This document shows positions 9,314 to 19,212 of a stretch of 52,379 bases of DNA, one piece after another. The notes under the pieces were generated by a model. It had not been told where the DNA came from and ran no database searches. It saw only the letters and a program-made list of their open reading frames with translations. The position numbers and the translations under genes were made by a program. The DNA is taken from the IMG/VR virus record IMGVR_UViG_3300012667_000994, positions 1-52,379 of that record. One strand, given 5' to 3'. Source of the stretch: a virus (taxonomy: Duplodnaviria > Caudoviricetes). Within the stretch, counting starts at the first letter, position 1; every line of letters begins with the position of its first letter.

Positions 9314-10183
9314 TTATTTTAATTTTTCAATTATTTCGGCTACATTAAAAACCTCGTTTAAGTCATTGTAAGGTATTTTTGAAATGTCCTCAAATAAAGG
9401 TAGTCTTTGATAGTAATTGTGGCTTAAATCCAATTCTTTTGTGTATGGATTAGCGTTTATGTTAGTGTGCATATCATAGCCAAAAACCTTTTCACTTGTT
9501 CCTATCCATGCAACAACTGAAGGTAAATTTAAAGAAGTCGCAATGTGCATAGCCGAACTATCAATTAAAAGTCTTTTTTCTGACATTGTTAACATAACAG
9601 CTATACTTCTAAAACTATCTAATGCACCAATAGTATTTTCGTACATAATTTGGTCATCTCGCTTAATGTGAACAATAGCATAATCATTTTTGTATCTTTC
9701 AATGATTTGCTCCATTATTGGTACTGGAATATCCCTTGTCCAAGAATATTTTAGCGGTTGGTTTATTGCTCCCCCATGCGGTTGAATAGCCATAATTGGT
9801 TTGTCAAGTCTATAAAAAGGCTCAAAATATTGTTTTTCAGCTTTCGACAAAAACATTTCTGGCATTTCTCCATTATACTTAATACCAAACATTTCGCACC
9901 AAATTTGAATTAAGTGCTTGCTTTCGGTTATGTAGTCTGAAGTAGAGTAAGGGTCGCTTATAAATACCTTTGCATCTTTGTTTTGAATAAGGTTTTTATA
10001 AATACCAGAACTATTGGCTTGCGTTATTATTTTATTAACGTTTGGGTTGTTAATAAATACATCTGGATATGCAGTTGAAACAACTATATTTGCTTTGCTG
10101 TATTGTCTTTTAATTGCTTTTAATACAGCGGTAGCCATAACGGACTTTCCAAGTCCACCATCAATGGAAAATATTACATTCAT
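9314..10183 (-). CDS. GT9-like glycosyltransferase
   Basis: GGLGK..MAT, IDSSAMHIATSL..PSVVAW..T...FGY. Confidence 0.75.
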   Translation of the reverse strand: MNVIFSIDGGLGKSVMATAVLKAIKRQYSKANIVVSTAYPDVFINNPNVNKIITQANSSGIYKNLIQNKDAKVFISDPYSTSDYITESKHLIQIWCEMFGIKYNGEMPEMFLSKAEKQYFEPFYRLDKPIMAIQPHGGAINQPLKYSWTRDIPVPIMEQIIERYKNDYAIVHIKRDDQIMYENTIGALDSFRSIAVMLTMSEKRLLIDSSAMHIATSLNLPSVVAWIGTSEKVFGYDMHTNINANPYTKELDLSHNYYQRLPLFEDISKIPYNDLNEVFNVAEIIEKLK

Positions 10184-10184
10184 A

Positions 10185-10403
10185 CTAATCTTTTTTAATT
10201 TCTTTTACTCCAAAATTGGAAAATTTATACCATGCTCTTTCGTGTAAAAAATACATAAAAGGCTTTAATAGTATTTCAGTTGCTCCTACACTACCAGCAA
10301 TAACAAAACTTCCACTAAAGAAGTATGATATAACGCAAGTTTGAAGCGTTCCTAAAATTCGATAACTAATTGCTTTTGCAATGTGTCTTTTATAACTTAT
10401 CAT
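10185..10403 (-). CDS. DUF2061 membrane protein
   Basis: RHIAKAISYRILGT...YFLHERAW. Confidence 0.85.
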   Translation of the reverse strand: MISYKRHIAKAISYRILGTLQTCVISYFFSGSFVIAGSVGATEILLKPFMYFLHERAWYKFSNFGVKEIKKD

Positions 10404-10405
10404 GA

Positions 10406-10639
10406 CTAACGTATTATAGCTACTCCAGTATTACTCCAACTAACAGAATCAGCCTTACAGCTAATGTGGTGCTTATTTACCATTTCATTTTTTTGTGGGT
10501 CGAAAACATCATCCCTAGTGGTAAATGTAGGCACGTTAATTTCTATGTCCGAAGCCAAAAATTCAGCACCATCAATTATCAATCGCCAAAACATTTTGTC
10601 ATCGGTGCAACTATGATTGTATCTTATTTTTATGTTCAT
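10406..10639 (-). CDS. hypothetical protein
   Basis: 77-aa ORF coupled within the operon. Confidence 0.7.
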   Translation of the reverse strand: MNIKIRYNHSCTDDKMFWRLIIDGAEFLASDIEINVPTFTTRDDVFDPQKNEMVNKHHISCKADSVSWSNTGVAIIR

Positions 10640-11043
10640 TATAATTTTCCGTCTTTTCTTAATTCTTCTCTAATTTTTGTTGCCGAAATGTTACCCAAAA
10701 TAGCTGGGGGTACATGCTCAATAATATCATATCCTACACCTCTACCAAACTCTACCGAGCAAATATCTGGAATAATCATAACTTTTACTACATCGCAATT
10801 AACAAGTAGTGCATATTCCATTTCTATTACCTCTTTAACTTGTTCAGCAGTATATGGGTTTTTATCATCTATTTCGCCATCTCTGATGCAAATTAAAAGA
10901 TTTTTACCCTCGTCTATCGCTTGTTGAAACAAATGTTTATGCCCCAAGTGTAATGGTTGAAATCTTCCAATAAACATCGCATATTGATTTTGTTTTGGCT
11001 CTAAAGAAGATTTAACGTGAACAATTTTTTCCCAGTTTTCCAT
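10639..11043 (-). CDS. HxGH (cytidylyltransferase-like) nucleotidyltransferase
   Basis: FIGRFQPLHLGH, NPYT, ISATKIR. Confidence 0.85.
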   Translation of the reverse strand: MENWEKIVHVKSSLEPKQNQYAMFIGRFQPLHLGHKHLFQQAIDEGKNLLICIRDGEIDDKNPYTAEQVKEVIEMEYALLVNCDVVKVMIIPDICSVEFGRGVGYDIIEHVPPAILGNISATKIREELRKDGKL

Positions 11044-11046
11044 TTT

Positions 11047-11499
11047 TTAAAATTTTAGGTTGTTAAGAATTTCGTTTAAAGTTTCTATTTCAGAATCGTT
11101 TGTAGTGTCAACACTTACAAAGTTTTCTAAAGGCGGTTCGTAATTAGCTACATGGAAATTTTCACGACCTCTAATTTCAGTAGTGTGAATATAAAACTCT
11201 TTGCAGTCTAATTCTGATTTTAATTTTTCCCTTAAATCCCTAAACGGACTTACTAAAGAAATAATAATGTGGTTTAAAGGATTTTGTTTTTGCAAGTATT
11301 TTGCAATAGCGTGAGCAGTTTCAATGTTTTTTCTTCTGCCTTGTTCTGAATAGTCTTTATTATCTAAAATTTCTCTTAAATCATCTCCATCAATGTTATA
11401 TACTTTGCCATCAATAAAAGAAGTTTGTAAAGCGGTTTTTAGATAATTAGCAATAGTGGTTTTTCCGCTATGCGGTTGACCAGTTAATATTATTATCAT
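11047..11499 (-). CDS. cysC: adenylylsulfate (APS) kinase
   Basis: LTGQPHSGKTT, IDGDDLR, DYSEQGR..NI, SLVSPF, YEPP; start 11499 preferred. Confidence 0.85.
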   Translation of the reverse strand: MIIILTGQPHSGKTTIANYLKTALQTSFIDGKVYNIDGDDLREILDNKDYSEQGRRKNIETAHAIAKYLQKQNPLNHIIISLVSPFRDLREKLKSELDCKEFYIHTTEIRGRENFHVANYEPPLENFVSVDTTNDSEIETLNEILNNLKF

Positions 11500-11500
11500 G

Positions 11501-11555
11501 TTTCTTGGTTTTATTTTAAACAAAAATAACTATATTTGTATTACAAACCAAGAAA
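11501..11555. promoter_or_regulatory. back-to-back divergent promoters, each followed by an AACCAAGAAA leader
   Basis: Minus TATTTTTG 11521-11528 and plus TATATTTG 11531-11538; leaders at 11501-11510 (-) and 11546-11555 (+). Confidence 0.7.
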
Positions 11556-11561
11556 ATTTTT

Positions 11562-13670
11562 ATGAAAACAAAAATCCTATTTTTAGCACCCCATTTAAGT
11601 ACTGGTGGGATGCCCCAATTTCTACTTAAAAGAATTGAAAATTTAAAAGATAGCTACGAAATATTTGTTGTAGAAAACGAGTGCGTTTCAGACAAATATG
11701 TAGTTCAAAGGAATAAAATAATCAATTTAGTAGGCGAAAAAAACTTCTTTACAACTATTGGCAAAGACCTTATCAAAGTTATTAAAGACAATAAAATTGA
11801 TATTGTGCATTTGGAACATGAAGCTGAAGGTTTTGACTATGATTTGATGAAATTATTGTACGCTGACAATAGAAAATACAAAATAGTTGAAACGTGCCAT
11901 AATGTATCTTTTAATGCTCAAAACAAAGTTTTTTACCCAGATGCTTTTGCTTTTTGTTCTCCTTTTCATTTGGAAACTTTTGAGCATATAAAGGCAAAAA
12001 AGCGACTTGTAATGTACCCTATTAAAAAGCACAATGTTTATTCTGTTACAAAAAAGGCAAAAGCTTTGCAATTAGGTTTTAGAGAGAAAAAAGTAAATGT
12101 TTTATCAGTAGGTTTATGGTGCGACAATAAAAACCAAGCTAAAATTTTAGAAGTGGCTAAAAATTATCCTCATTATGATTTTCATATAGTAGGAAACCAA
12201 GCTGAAAACTTTGAAAGTTATTGGAAACCATTAATGGAAAACATACCATCAAACGTAAAAGTTTGGGGAGAAAGAGAAGATATTTCCGATTTTATGTTGG
12301 CTTCGGATATTTTTTTCTTTCCAAGCAAAAATGAATGTAACCCTATTGTACTTCGTGAAGCTATTGGTTATGGTTTGACTATCTATGCTAATAATTTATC
12401 TCAATACTGCGGTATGTTTGATGGTTTTATACAGCCAATACATTTTGAATTGAAAAAGAAACTATCTCCAAATCATCCAGATACTTCGATTCAATTTAAA
12501 AAAGACCATTTAGATTTTTACAATTCCCTTATTGAAGAAAAACCAAAAAAACAACCAAGAAAAAGAAATTTTACTATAAATCATCATTTTGTAGATGGTG
12601 CTTTTTTAGAAATTTTAGGTAATTCTCAAAATAAGTTTAAAGTGGCTTTTCATGAAGAAGGAAAGGTAGTCTATGAAAATATAATAGATTGTAATTCATG
12701 GGTAAAACTTAATAGAAAGTATTTTACTGAATATACTATTTATGTTTGGGAAATTTTAAAAAATAAACAGAAACTTGTTTTTATTGACAAATTTAAGCTA
12801 AAAAACAAAAGGGTAATGATTAGCTTTGAAAGTAGTTCATTAGGCGATACATTGGCTTGGATGCCTTATTGTGATGAGTTCCAAAAGAAACACGATTGCG
12901 TTTTATTCGTTTCTACTTTTAAAAACTTTTTATTCGAGGGTCAATATCCTAACATAAACTTTATTGAGCCAGCAGAAGTGGTTACTAATTTGTATGCTAA
13001 ATATGACTTGGGTTGGTTTTATGATAGCAACAAAGAGCCAGTATTACCAAACACTATTCCGCTACAACAAACGGCTACAAATATTTTAGGGTTAAGTTTT
13101 AGTGAAAAAAAACCAAAGTTAAACTTTGAGCCTAAAAACGTGGTCGCCAGTATTGAGCCTAAATATGTTTGTATTGCTCCAGATTCAACCGCTGGTTGTA
13201 AGGAGTGGGATGCTGTAAATTGGGAAATTTTAGTAGATATGTTGGTTGACGAGGGTTATCAAGTCGTAAATGTATCTTTAAATTCAAGATACAAACTTAA
13301 AAATGTTTATTGCCCAGAAAACTTATCGCTAGAAAGCACTATGCAAATAATACATTTTGCTAAATTTTTCGTGGGATTGAGCAGTGGTCTTTCGTGGCTT
13401 GCTTGGTCTTTAAATAAGCACGTTTATATGATTGCTAACTTTACAAAAGCCGACCATGAATTTCAAAAAAATTGCACTAGATTCACAAATGAAAACGTAT
13501 GTAATGGTTGTTGGAATAACAAAAACTTTAAGTTTGATAAAGGAGATTTTAATTGGTGTCCTATCAACAAAGGTTATGATAAACAATTTGAGTGTCAAAA
13601 AGGAATAAACCCATTTTGGGTGCTTGAGGAAATTAAGGATAATATAAATTACAAAAGGCTACATAATTAG
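11562..13670 (+). CDS. GT4 domain fused to Aah/TibC-like autotransporter O-heptosyltransferase
   Basis: N-terminal HLSTGGMPQ, ECNPIVLREA; C-terminal SSLGDTLAW.PY, FVGLSSGLSWLAW, CNGCW...WCP...FEC. Confidence 0.85.
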   Translation: MKTKILFLAPHLSTGGMPQFLLKRIENLKDSYEIFVVENECVSDKYVVQRNKIINLVGEKNFFTTIGKDLIKVIKDNKIDIVHLEHEAEGFDYDLMKLLYADNRKYKIVETCHNVSFNAQNKVFYPDAFAFCSPFHLETFEHIKAKKRLVMYPIKKHNVYSVTKKAKALQLGFREKKVNVLSVGLWCDNKNQAKILEVAKNYPHYDFHIVGNQAENFESYWKPLMENIPSNVKVWGEREDISDFMLASDIFFFPSKNECNPIVLREAIGYGLTIYANNLSQYCGMFDGFIQPIHFELKKKLSPNHPDTSIQFKKDHLDFYNSLIEEKPKKQPRKRNFTINHHFVDGAFLEILGNSQNKFKVAFHEEGKVVYENIIDCNSWVKLNRKYFTEYTIYVWEILKNKQKLVFIDKFKLKNKRVMISFESSSLGDTLAWMPYCDEFQKKHDCVLFVSTFKNFLFEGQYPNINFIEPAEVVTNLYAKYDLGWFYDSNKEPVLPNTIPLQQTATNILGLSFSEKKPKLNFEPKNVVASIEPKYVCIAPDSTAGCKEWDAVNWEILVDMLVDEGYQVVNVSLNSRYKLKNVYCPENLSLESTMQIIHFAKFFVGLSSGLSWLAWSLNKHVYMIANFTKADHEFQKNCTRFTNENVCNGCWNNKNFKFDKGDFNWCPINKGYDKQFECQKGINPFWVLEEIKDNINYKRLHN

Positions 13671-13683
13671 TAGCCTTTTTTTT
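13653..13683. terminator. bidirectional intrinsic terminator
   Basis: AAAAGGCTAC...GTAGCCTTTT between convergent genes. Confidence 0.8.
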
Positions 13684-13709
13684 ATGTAAACAAATTTGTT
13701 TATATCAAT

Positions 13710-14528
13710 TTATAAATATCCAAAATAATCATAAAACCACTTGTAATGGTTTCTTATGTTCATAGATATTTCATACCCTAAAACATCTAAATAATCGTCT
13801 GGTTTGCGTTCAAATTTTGGTCTTAACGTATGGTCGCCATAAATTCCATGAATTGTATCGTTTTCTTGGGTGTATTGCGTTACATTTTCAAAATCATGTT
13901 TATCATAGTAAGGTACGCCAAAATACTCATAAATACGCTTCATTTCGTTTTCTGGATTATCCATTAAATCTTCATAACGCACAAACAAAATGTTTTTGTC
14001 TATTCCTTGTTGAATTATGTCTTGTAATCTATCTATTGCAACCCCTACTGGTACTCCACTTGCCCAAATATCAATTCTTTTATTCAATGTAGTTCCTACT
14101 AATTGCGGTACGTTTTGAATATGGTTTTCTTTATGTGGGTTTTTACGGAAGTTTTTTTCCATTGAAGCATAAATACAACGTATATCCCTAACCATGCAAA
14201 TTATTTTTGGATTAGGAAATATCATATTCAATAAACCATGATTAACGCCCCATTCACGACTTTTATCAACAACGAAAGGCTTATCGGTCAAACCTTTAAA
14301 AAAGCCTTGCATACCGCTTCTACAAAACTCTACAAACGCATTTTCCATTTGTTTTGGGTCTTGAGATATGAAAGCTTGAGAATGGTTATAATTGTTTTTT
14401 GAAGCCATGATTAAATCTACCAAACCACTTGTAGGCGTAGAGTAAAAATCTGGATTTTGAGCAATTAAATTAGAAATCAAAGTTGAACCAGAGCGAGGTA
14501 AAGATGAGTTGTAAAAAATTTTTTTCAT
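13710..14528 (-). CDS. PAPS-dependent sulfotransferase
   Basis: SLPRSGSTL (5'-PSB loop), DKSR.W, MVRD.R...S, VRYEDL..NP. Confidence 0.9.
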   Translation of the reverse strand: MKKIFYNSSLPRSGSTLISNLIAQNPDFYSTPTSGLVDLIMASKNNYNHSQAFISQDPKQMENAFVEFCRSGMQGFFKGLTDKPFVVDKSREWGVNHGLLNMIFPNPKIICMVRDIRCIYASMEKNFRKNPHKENHIQNVPQLVGTTLNKRIDIWASGVPVGVAIDRLQDIIQQGIDKNILFVRYEDLMDNPENEMKRIYEYFGVPYYDKHDFENVTQYTQENDTIHGIYGDHTLRPKFERKPDDYLDVLGYEISMNIRNHYKWFYDYFGYL

Positions 14529-14530
14529 TG

Positions 14531-14555
14531 TTTCTTGGTTTAAAATACAAATATA
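14531..14555 (-). promoter_or_regulatory. -7 promoter element plus AACCAAGAAA leader of the sulfotransferase
   Basis: Minus strand reads TATATTTG-7nt-AACCAAGAAA-CA-ATG. Confidence 0.65.
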
Positions 14556-14558
14556 AAT

Positions 14559-14590
14559 AAAAAAGCGAGATTATTTATAAACCTCGCTAT
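14559..14590 (-). terminator. intrinsic terminator of the fibre operon
   Basis: AGCGAG/CTCGCT stem plus T tract on minus strand. Confidence 0.65.
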
Positions 14591-14604
14591 TTTTATTAAG
14601 CTTC

Positions 14605-14913
14605 TTATTTTTTAGGCAAAGCATCAAACTTTGCTTTCAATTCAACTATTAAATCATCAATAAAAGTTACTAAATCTTGTTGGTCTTTTAATTGAAAACC
14701 ATCTTTAGACATCCATCTTATATCATTATGATTAAAAATGTTTATTGCATGGTATTTTTCCTCTGCCAAACTATCTTCTGGTCTTTTGTTCCAAACCGCA
14801 TTAACTAAAGGCGTTACAGTTTGCAAAGTTGTTGTTTTTACTTTTACTGAAAACTCGTTTGAGTTGATTTGTGTTTCTCCATATCCAAAAATATGTATTG
14901 TGAAATTTTCCAT
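14605..14913 (-). CDS. hypothetical protein, possible fibre chaperone
   Basis: Directly downstream of the fibre gene; role inferred from position only. Confidence 0.65.
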   Translation of the reverse strand: MENFTIHIFGYGETQINSNEFSVKVKTTTLQTVTPLVNAVWNKRPEDSLAEEKYHAINIFNHNDIRWMSKDGFQLKDQQDLVTFIDDLIVELKAKFDALPKK

Positions 14914-14914
14914 A

Positions 14915-17900
14915 TTAATTTTTTATTTTTTTAGGTTGTAATATTTCTATACCATTCCAATTGTCAATAGCATCTTTATCTTTTCTTGTTCCGATTATAA
15001 GAACGTTATATTCTAAATCTTCGTTAGCAAATATAGTTACTTTTGTTAATTCGTCATCAACTTTACCAAATGCAATGCCAAATCCTTCTTTTGGCGTTAC
15101 CCAAATTTGAGTGTTTTCGTTCAAGAATTTAAAATAGCTTGGTAGCTCTATTTCTGCAAAACCATCAACCACTTTAACAACATATCTATAAATATTATCT
15201 CCAGCAGTAGGAGATTCAACAAACGAGTGTTGTAAATAATGTGTTTTGTTTTTAGTTGGGTCTGGATGCTTAATTCTAAAAGTTCCACTTATTTTTGATA
15301 ATGCTTCAACAAATGTAGTATTGTTTGATGATGCGGTAAGAGATGAGCCAATAATGTGTGCATTTGAATATCCAGCTATCGTATTATTTCTACCTCCTAA
15401 AATAGAATTGTAATCTGCTCCAGTACTTGATGTAGAACATATTGTATTCTGACATCCGCCACCTATAAAATTCCTTCTTACTCTTTGAGAGTTAGATTGA
15501 ATTAAATTATAACTACCTCCTACGATGGAATTATAAGCAATTAAAACATTGCAGTATCCAGAATTTTGTATAATACAGTTTTTACAACCACCTAAAATGG
15601 AGTTGTATGTTGTGTAGTTATCATAATTAACAGTACCAATAATTGTATTTCCAGAACCACCACCTATTACACTATTTCTATTATAAGATTGACGATTATT
15701 AACTCCGCCAACAATTGATGAATTACGACTTTTATACACTCCATTTTCATTTCCTCCAACAATTACGTTTTCAATACCAAAATATATATTATTTCTAGAA
15801 CCATTACCTATAAAAGAATAGTCGCCTATATTGTAATTAGTATTTCCTCCAACAATTACTGAATTATAACCAAGTGAACAGTTTTGTAAACCACTACCCA
15901 CAAAACTATGTGATGATGAAGCTACATTATAAACTCCTCCTATAATTGTTGATTGATAAGCAGATGAATTATTAAAAGCACCGCCTAAAACATTTGAATA
16001 AGTTTGACTTGCTGTATTACCTTTACCTCCTCCAATAAATGAACCAATACCACTTGCAGTATTAACACCACCACCACCAACAAATGAACAATTTCCTGAT
16101 GCAGTATTGCAATATCCTGCTCCTACAAAAGATTTTTCACAAGAAGCAGTATTATTTTGACCACCTCCAATTGTAGAATAACCTCCACTTGCAGTATTAT
16201 TTTGACCACCAACAACCGATGAAGAATAACCAGATGCAGTATTGCAATATCCTGCTCCTACAAAAGATTTTTCACAAGAAGATGTATTACGAAAACCACC
16301 AGAAATTGTTGTTCCAACTCCAATTGCACAATTGCAAAAACCACCAGAAATTGTTGAATAACTACCAGATGCAGTATTAAATTGACCACCGCTTATTGTT
16401 GAAAAATTTGAAGAACTTATATTTGATTGACCTCCACCAATTGTTGAAGAACTTCCACTTGCATTATTTGTCAAACCACCAGCAACTACTGAATAATAAC
16501 CACTTGCAGTATTCAAATAACCACCGCCAATTGTTGAATAATTTCCAGAAGCAGTATTAATTTTACCACCACTTACTATTGAATATCCTCCACCAGAAGT
16601 ATTATAATTACCACTTAAAGCACCACTATAACCACCAATAGAAGCATTACTTAAACCAGTCCTTACTGATGAACAAGTGCCAGCACCTAAAACAATAACG
16701 GCACTTGAGCCAACATCAGTTCCAGAAGTTCCACCAGAACCAGAAGTTCCATTTGTACCATTAACACCAGAAGTTCCGTTAATACCACTTGTTCCATTAA
16801 CACCAGATGACCCAGAAGTTCCATTAACACCACTTGTACCATCAGTACCAGATGTTCCGTTTGCTCCATTAACACCAGATGAACCAGAAGTTCCGTTAAC
16901 ACCACTTGTACCATCAGTACCACTTGTACCATCTATTCCGCTTGTTCCATTAATTCCACTTGAACCACTTGAACCACTTGTTCCGTTTACTCCGCTTGTT
17001 CCATTAGAACCATTAGAACCACTTGTACCATCTATTCCGCTTGTACCACTCGTTCCATTAACTCCAGAAGTTCCGCTTGTACCATTAACTCCAGAAGTTC
17101 CATCAGTACCACTTGTACCATTAACTCCAGAAGTTCCATTAGTTCCATTTACTCCACTCGTACCATCAGTACCACTCGTACCATCAATTCCGCTTGTTCC
17201 ATCAATTCCGCTTGTTCCAGCCGAACCATTTGTACCGCTTGTACCATTTGTACCGCTTGTACCATCTATTCCAGAAGTACCGCTTGTTCCATCTACTCCG
17301 CTTGTACCATTAGCACCAGAAGTACCACTTGTGCCAGTTAAACCAGAACTTCCACTTGTACCATCGACACCACTTGTACCACTTGTACCATCAACACCAG
17401 TAGTTCCGCTAGTTCCATTTGAACCATTTGAACCACTTGTTCCATCAATCCCAGAAGTACCGCTAGTTCCATCAATTCCAGTAGTTCCGCTAGTTCCATT
17501 TGAACCATTTAAACCACTTGTTCCATTTACTCCAGAAGTACCGCTTGTTCCATCAATTCCGCTTGTTCCACTTGTTCCAGTTAAACCAGAAGTTCCAGTT
17601 GTACCACTTGTACCACTTGTACTACCTACGGCAACACCAACTTGGTTAGCAACAATAATAATTGAAGGTGCTAAAGGAGATGAATAAGGAGTTGTAGTAG
17701 ATGCTTTTGCTACTAATCTTGCAGTTGCATCAGCAGAAGCAAAAACAAACTCTACATAATCGTTGGCTTGTAAATCAAAAATATAAGAAACAAAAGGTAA
17801 AGATTCGGCATTTGCTCCAATTAACTCTATATAAGATGTAGTTCTTGGCTCATCTACTCCATTAATTCTTGCCCATATTTTTACCTCATCGTTACCACTA

Positions 17901-18643
17901 CTATTTTTATCTACTTGTGCCGAATATCCAATTTCATAAATACCAGCATAAGGGAAAGTAATTTGAGAACTACTTGCAATACTAATACCATTACTTAATT
18001 CAGTTGTATCGTAAGTTATAATTGTAGGCGTATTTGACCCAGTTACAGTTTGAGTTGTTGTGTCGGAAAAACTTCCATACCAATTGGCGATACCAGCTCC
18101 ACTAGAACCATTTAAACCACTTGAACCACTTGAACCCGAAGTTCCAGTTGTACCCGAAGTTCCATTAGAACCATTAGAACCACTTGTACCATCAATACCA
18201 CTAGTACCACTAGTTCCATTGACACCACTTGTTCCGTTTACACCAGAAGTTCCACTTGTTCCATCAATAGCAGAAGTACCAGAAGTTCCAGCCGAGCCAG
18301 TAGTACCGCTTGTTCCGTTAGTACCATTAGTACCATCCGAACCACTTGTACCATTAGTTCCGCTTGTTCCGTTTACACCAGAAGTTCCCGAAGTTCCATT
18401 AACACCAGAAGTTCCATTAACTCCGCTTGTTCCGTTAACACCACTTGTACCATCAACACCACTTGTTCCGCTTGTACCCGATGAACCCGAAGTTCCACCG
18501 CTAATATAGTCTTGTAATCTTTCTACATTTCCATAGATGTCTTTTACTAACGCATCGTTAGTAACTCCATCAATGAACAAAGCCAAACTATTTCCGTTTG
18601 GCGATTGTATATTAGACTTTCCTGATTTGCTTACTTTTCCCAT
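14915..18643 (-). CDS. long fibre/spike: two collagen-like (G-T-S)n tracts, a beta-sandwich, 14-aa beta-helix repeats and a C-terminal domain
   Basis: G-X-Y periodicity; ASG.YS.IGGG..NT repeats; F.IKHPDP...YLQHSFVESP tail. Confidence 0.85.
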   Translation of the reverse strand: MGKVSKSGKSNIQSPNGNSLALFIDGVTNDALVKDIYGNVERLQDYISGGTSGSSGTSGTSGVDGTSGVNGTSGVNGTSGVNGTSGTSGVNGTSGTNGTSGSDGTNGTNGTSGTTGSAGTSGTSAIDGTSGTSGVNGTSGVNGTSGTSGIDGTSGSNGSNGTSGTTGTSGSSGSSGLNGSSGAGIANWYGSFSDTTTQTVTGSNTPTIITYDTTELSNGISIASSSQITFPYAGIYEIGYSAQVDKNSSGNDEVKIWARINGVDEPRTTSYIELIGANAESLPFVSYIFDLQANDYVEFVFASADATARLVAKASTTTPYSSPLAPSIIIVANQVGVAVGSTSGTSGTTGTSGLTGTSGTSGIDGTSGTSGVNGTSGLNGSNGTSGTTGIDGTSGTSGIDGTSGSNGSNGTSGTTGVDGTSGTSGVDGTSGSSGLTGTSGTSGANGTSGVDGTSGTSGIDGTSGTNGTSGTNGSAGTSGIDGTSGIDGTSGTDGTSGVNGTNGTSGVNGTSGTDGTSGVNGTSGTSGVNGTSGTSGIDGTSGSNGSNGTSGVNGTSGSSGSSGINGTSGIDGTSGTDGTSGVNGTSGSSGVNGANGTSGTDGTSGVNGTSGSSGVNGTSGINGTSGVNGTNGTSGSGGTSGTDVGSSAVIVLGAGTCSSVRTGLSNASIGGYSGALSGNYNTSGGGYSIVSGGKINTASGNYSTIGGGYLNTASGYYSVVAGGLTNNASGSSSTIGGGQSNISSSNFSTISGGQFNTASGSYSTISGGFCNCAIGVGTTISGGFRNTSSCEKSFVGAGYCNTASGYSSSVVGGQNNTASGGYSTIGGGQNNTASCEKSFVGAGYCNTASGNCSFVGGGGVNTASGIGSFIGGGKGNTASQTYSNVLGGAFNNSSAYQSTIIGGVYNVASSSHSFVGSGLQNCSLGYNSVIVGGNTNYNIGDYSFIGNGSRNNIYFGIENVIVGGNENGVYKSRNSSIVGGVNNRQSYNRNSVIGGGSGNTIIGTVNYDNYTTYNSILGGCKNCIIQNSGYCNVLIAYNSIVGGSYNLIQSNSQRVRRNFIGGGCQNTICSTSSTGADYNSILGGRNNTIAGYSNAHIIGSSLTASSNNTTFVEALSKISGTFRIKHPDPTKNKTHYLQHSFVESPTAGDNIYRYVVKVVDGFAEIELPSYFKFLNENTQIWVTPKEGFGIAFGKVDDELTKVTIFANEDLEYNVLIIGTRKDKDAIDNWNGIEILQPKKIKN
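16720..17620 (-). repeat. 9-nt-period collagen-like GTS/GxN repeat tract 2
   Basis: Direct reading; boundaries approximate. Confidence 0.95.
18095..18500 (-). repeat. 9-nt-period collagen-like GTS repeat tract 1
   Basis: Direct reading; boundaries approximate. Confidence 0.95.
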
Positions 18644-18658
18644 AATTTTTTGAATATT

Positions 18659-19210
18659 TTATGTTACAATACTCAAAACGCCTTTATTACTCCAAACCGC
18701 CCCTTTAGGCAAGCCTTTGTCTGAATTAGGAATATTTGTTATTGATAAATTTTCTACAAATGTAGTGTCCTCTCTATTGGCTTCTATATTAGAGCCTAAC
18801 AAGTGGGTATTTTTATATTTAGTACTATTATTAGTACCTCCAATTATAGTTGAATCATCCGAATCAATATCATTTCCTCTACCGCTACCTACGAATGAAT
18901 TTCTACCAGAAATTGTATTTGCATTACCGCCAGCTACAACTGAATTATCGCCTCTTACAACATTATATTCTCCAGATAAAACGGCACTAAATTCTGCATC
19001 TATTTTATTGGTTTCAGAAGCAGAAATAAAACTACCTTTTTCAGATTTTAAAAACACAATTTCATTGTATTTAAAAAAATCTTTTAGAGGTTGTGTATTA
19101 CCTACAACATCTTTAAGCATTACTTCTCCAGTAGCCACATCAACATAGATAACTAAACTACTTCCGTTTGAAGAAACTTGACCAGCATTTTGTTTTATAA
19201 CATTTCCCAT
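18659..19210 (-). CDS. short paralog of the fibre
   Basis: Shares N-terminal NG.SL...D..T....KD..GN...L.D and H..GS...A....TTFVE.LS with the fibre. Confidence 0.8.
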   Translation of the reverse strand: MGNVIKQNAGQVSSNGSSLVIYVDVATGEVMLKDVVGNTQPLKDFFKYNEIVFLKSEKGSFISASETNKIDAEFSAVLSGEYNVVRGDNSVVAGGNANTISGRNSFVGSGRGNDIDSDDSTIIGGTNNSTKYKNTHLLGSNIEANREDTTFVENLSITNIPNSDKGLPKGAVWSNKGVLSIVT

Positions 19211-19212
19211 AA

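Noticed and set aside
16677-18509. Plus-strand ORFs rich in PLV/PEV (336 aa and 149 aa)
   Set aside because: Antisense shadows of the G-T-S repeat tracts of the fibre gene
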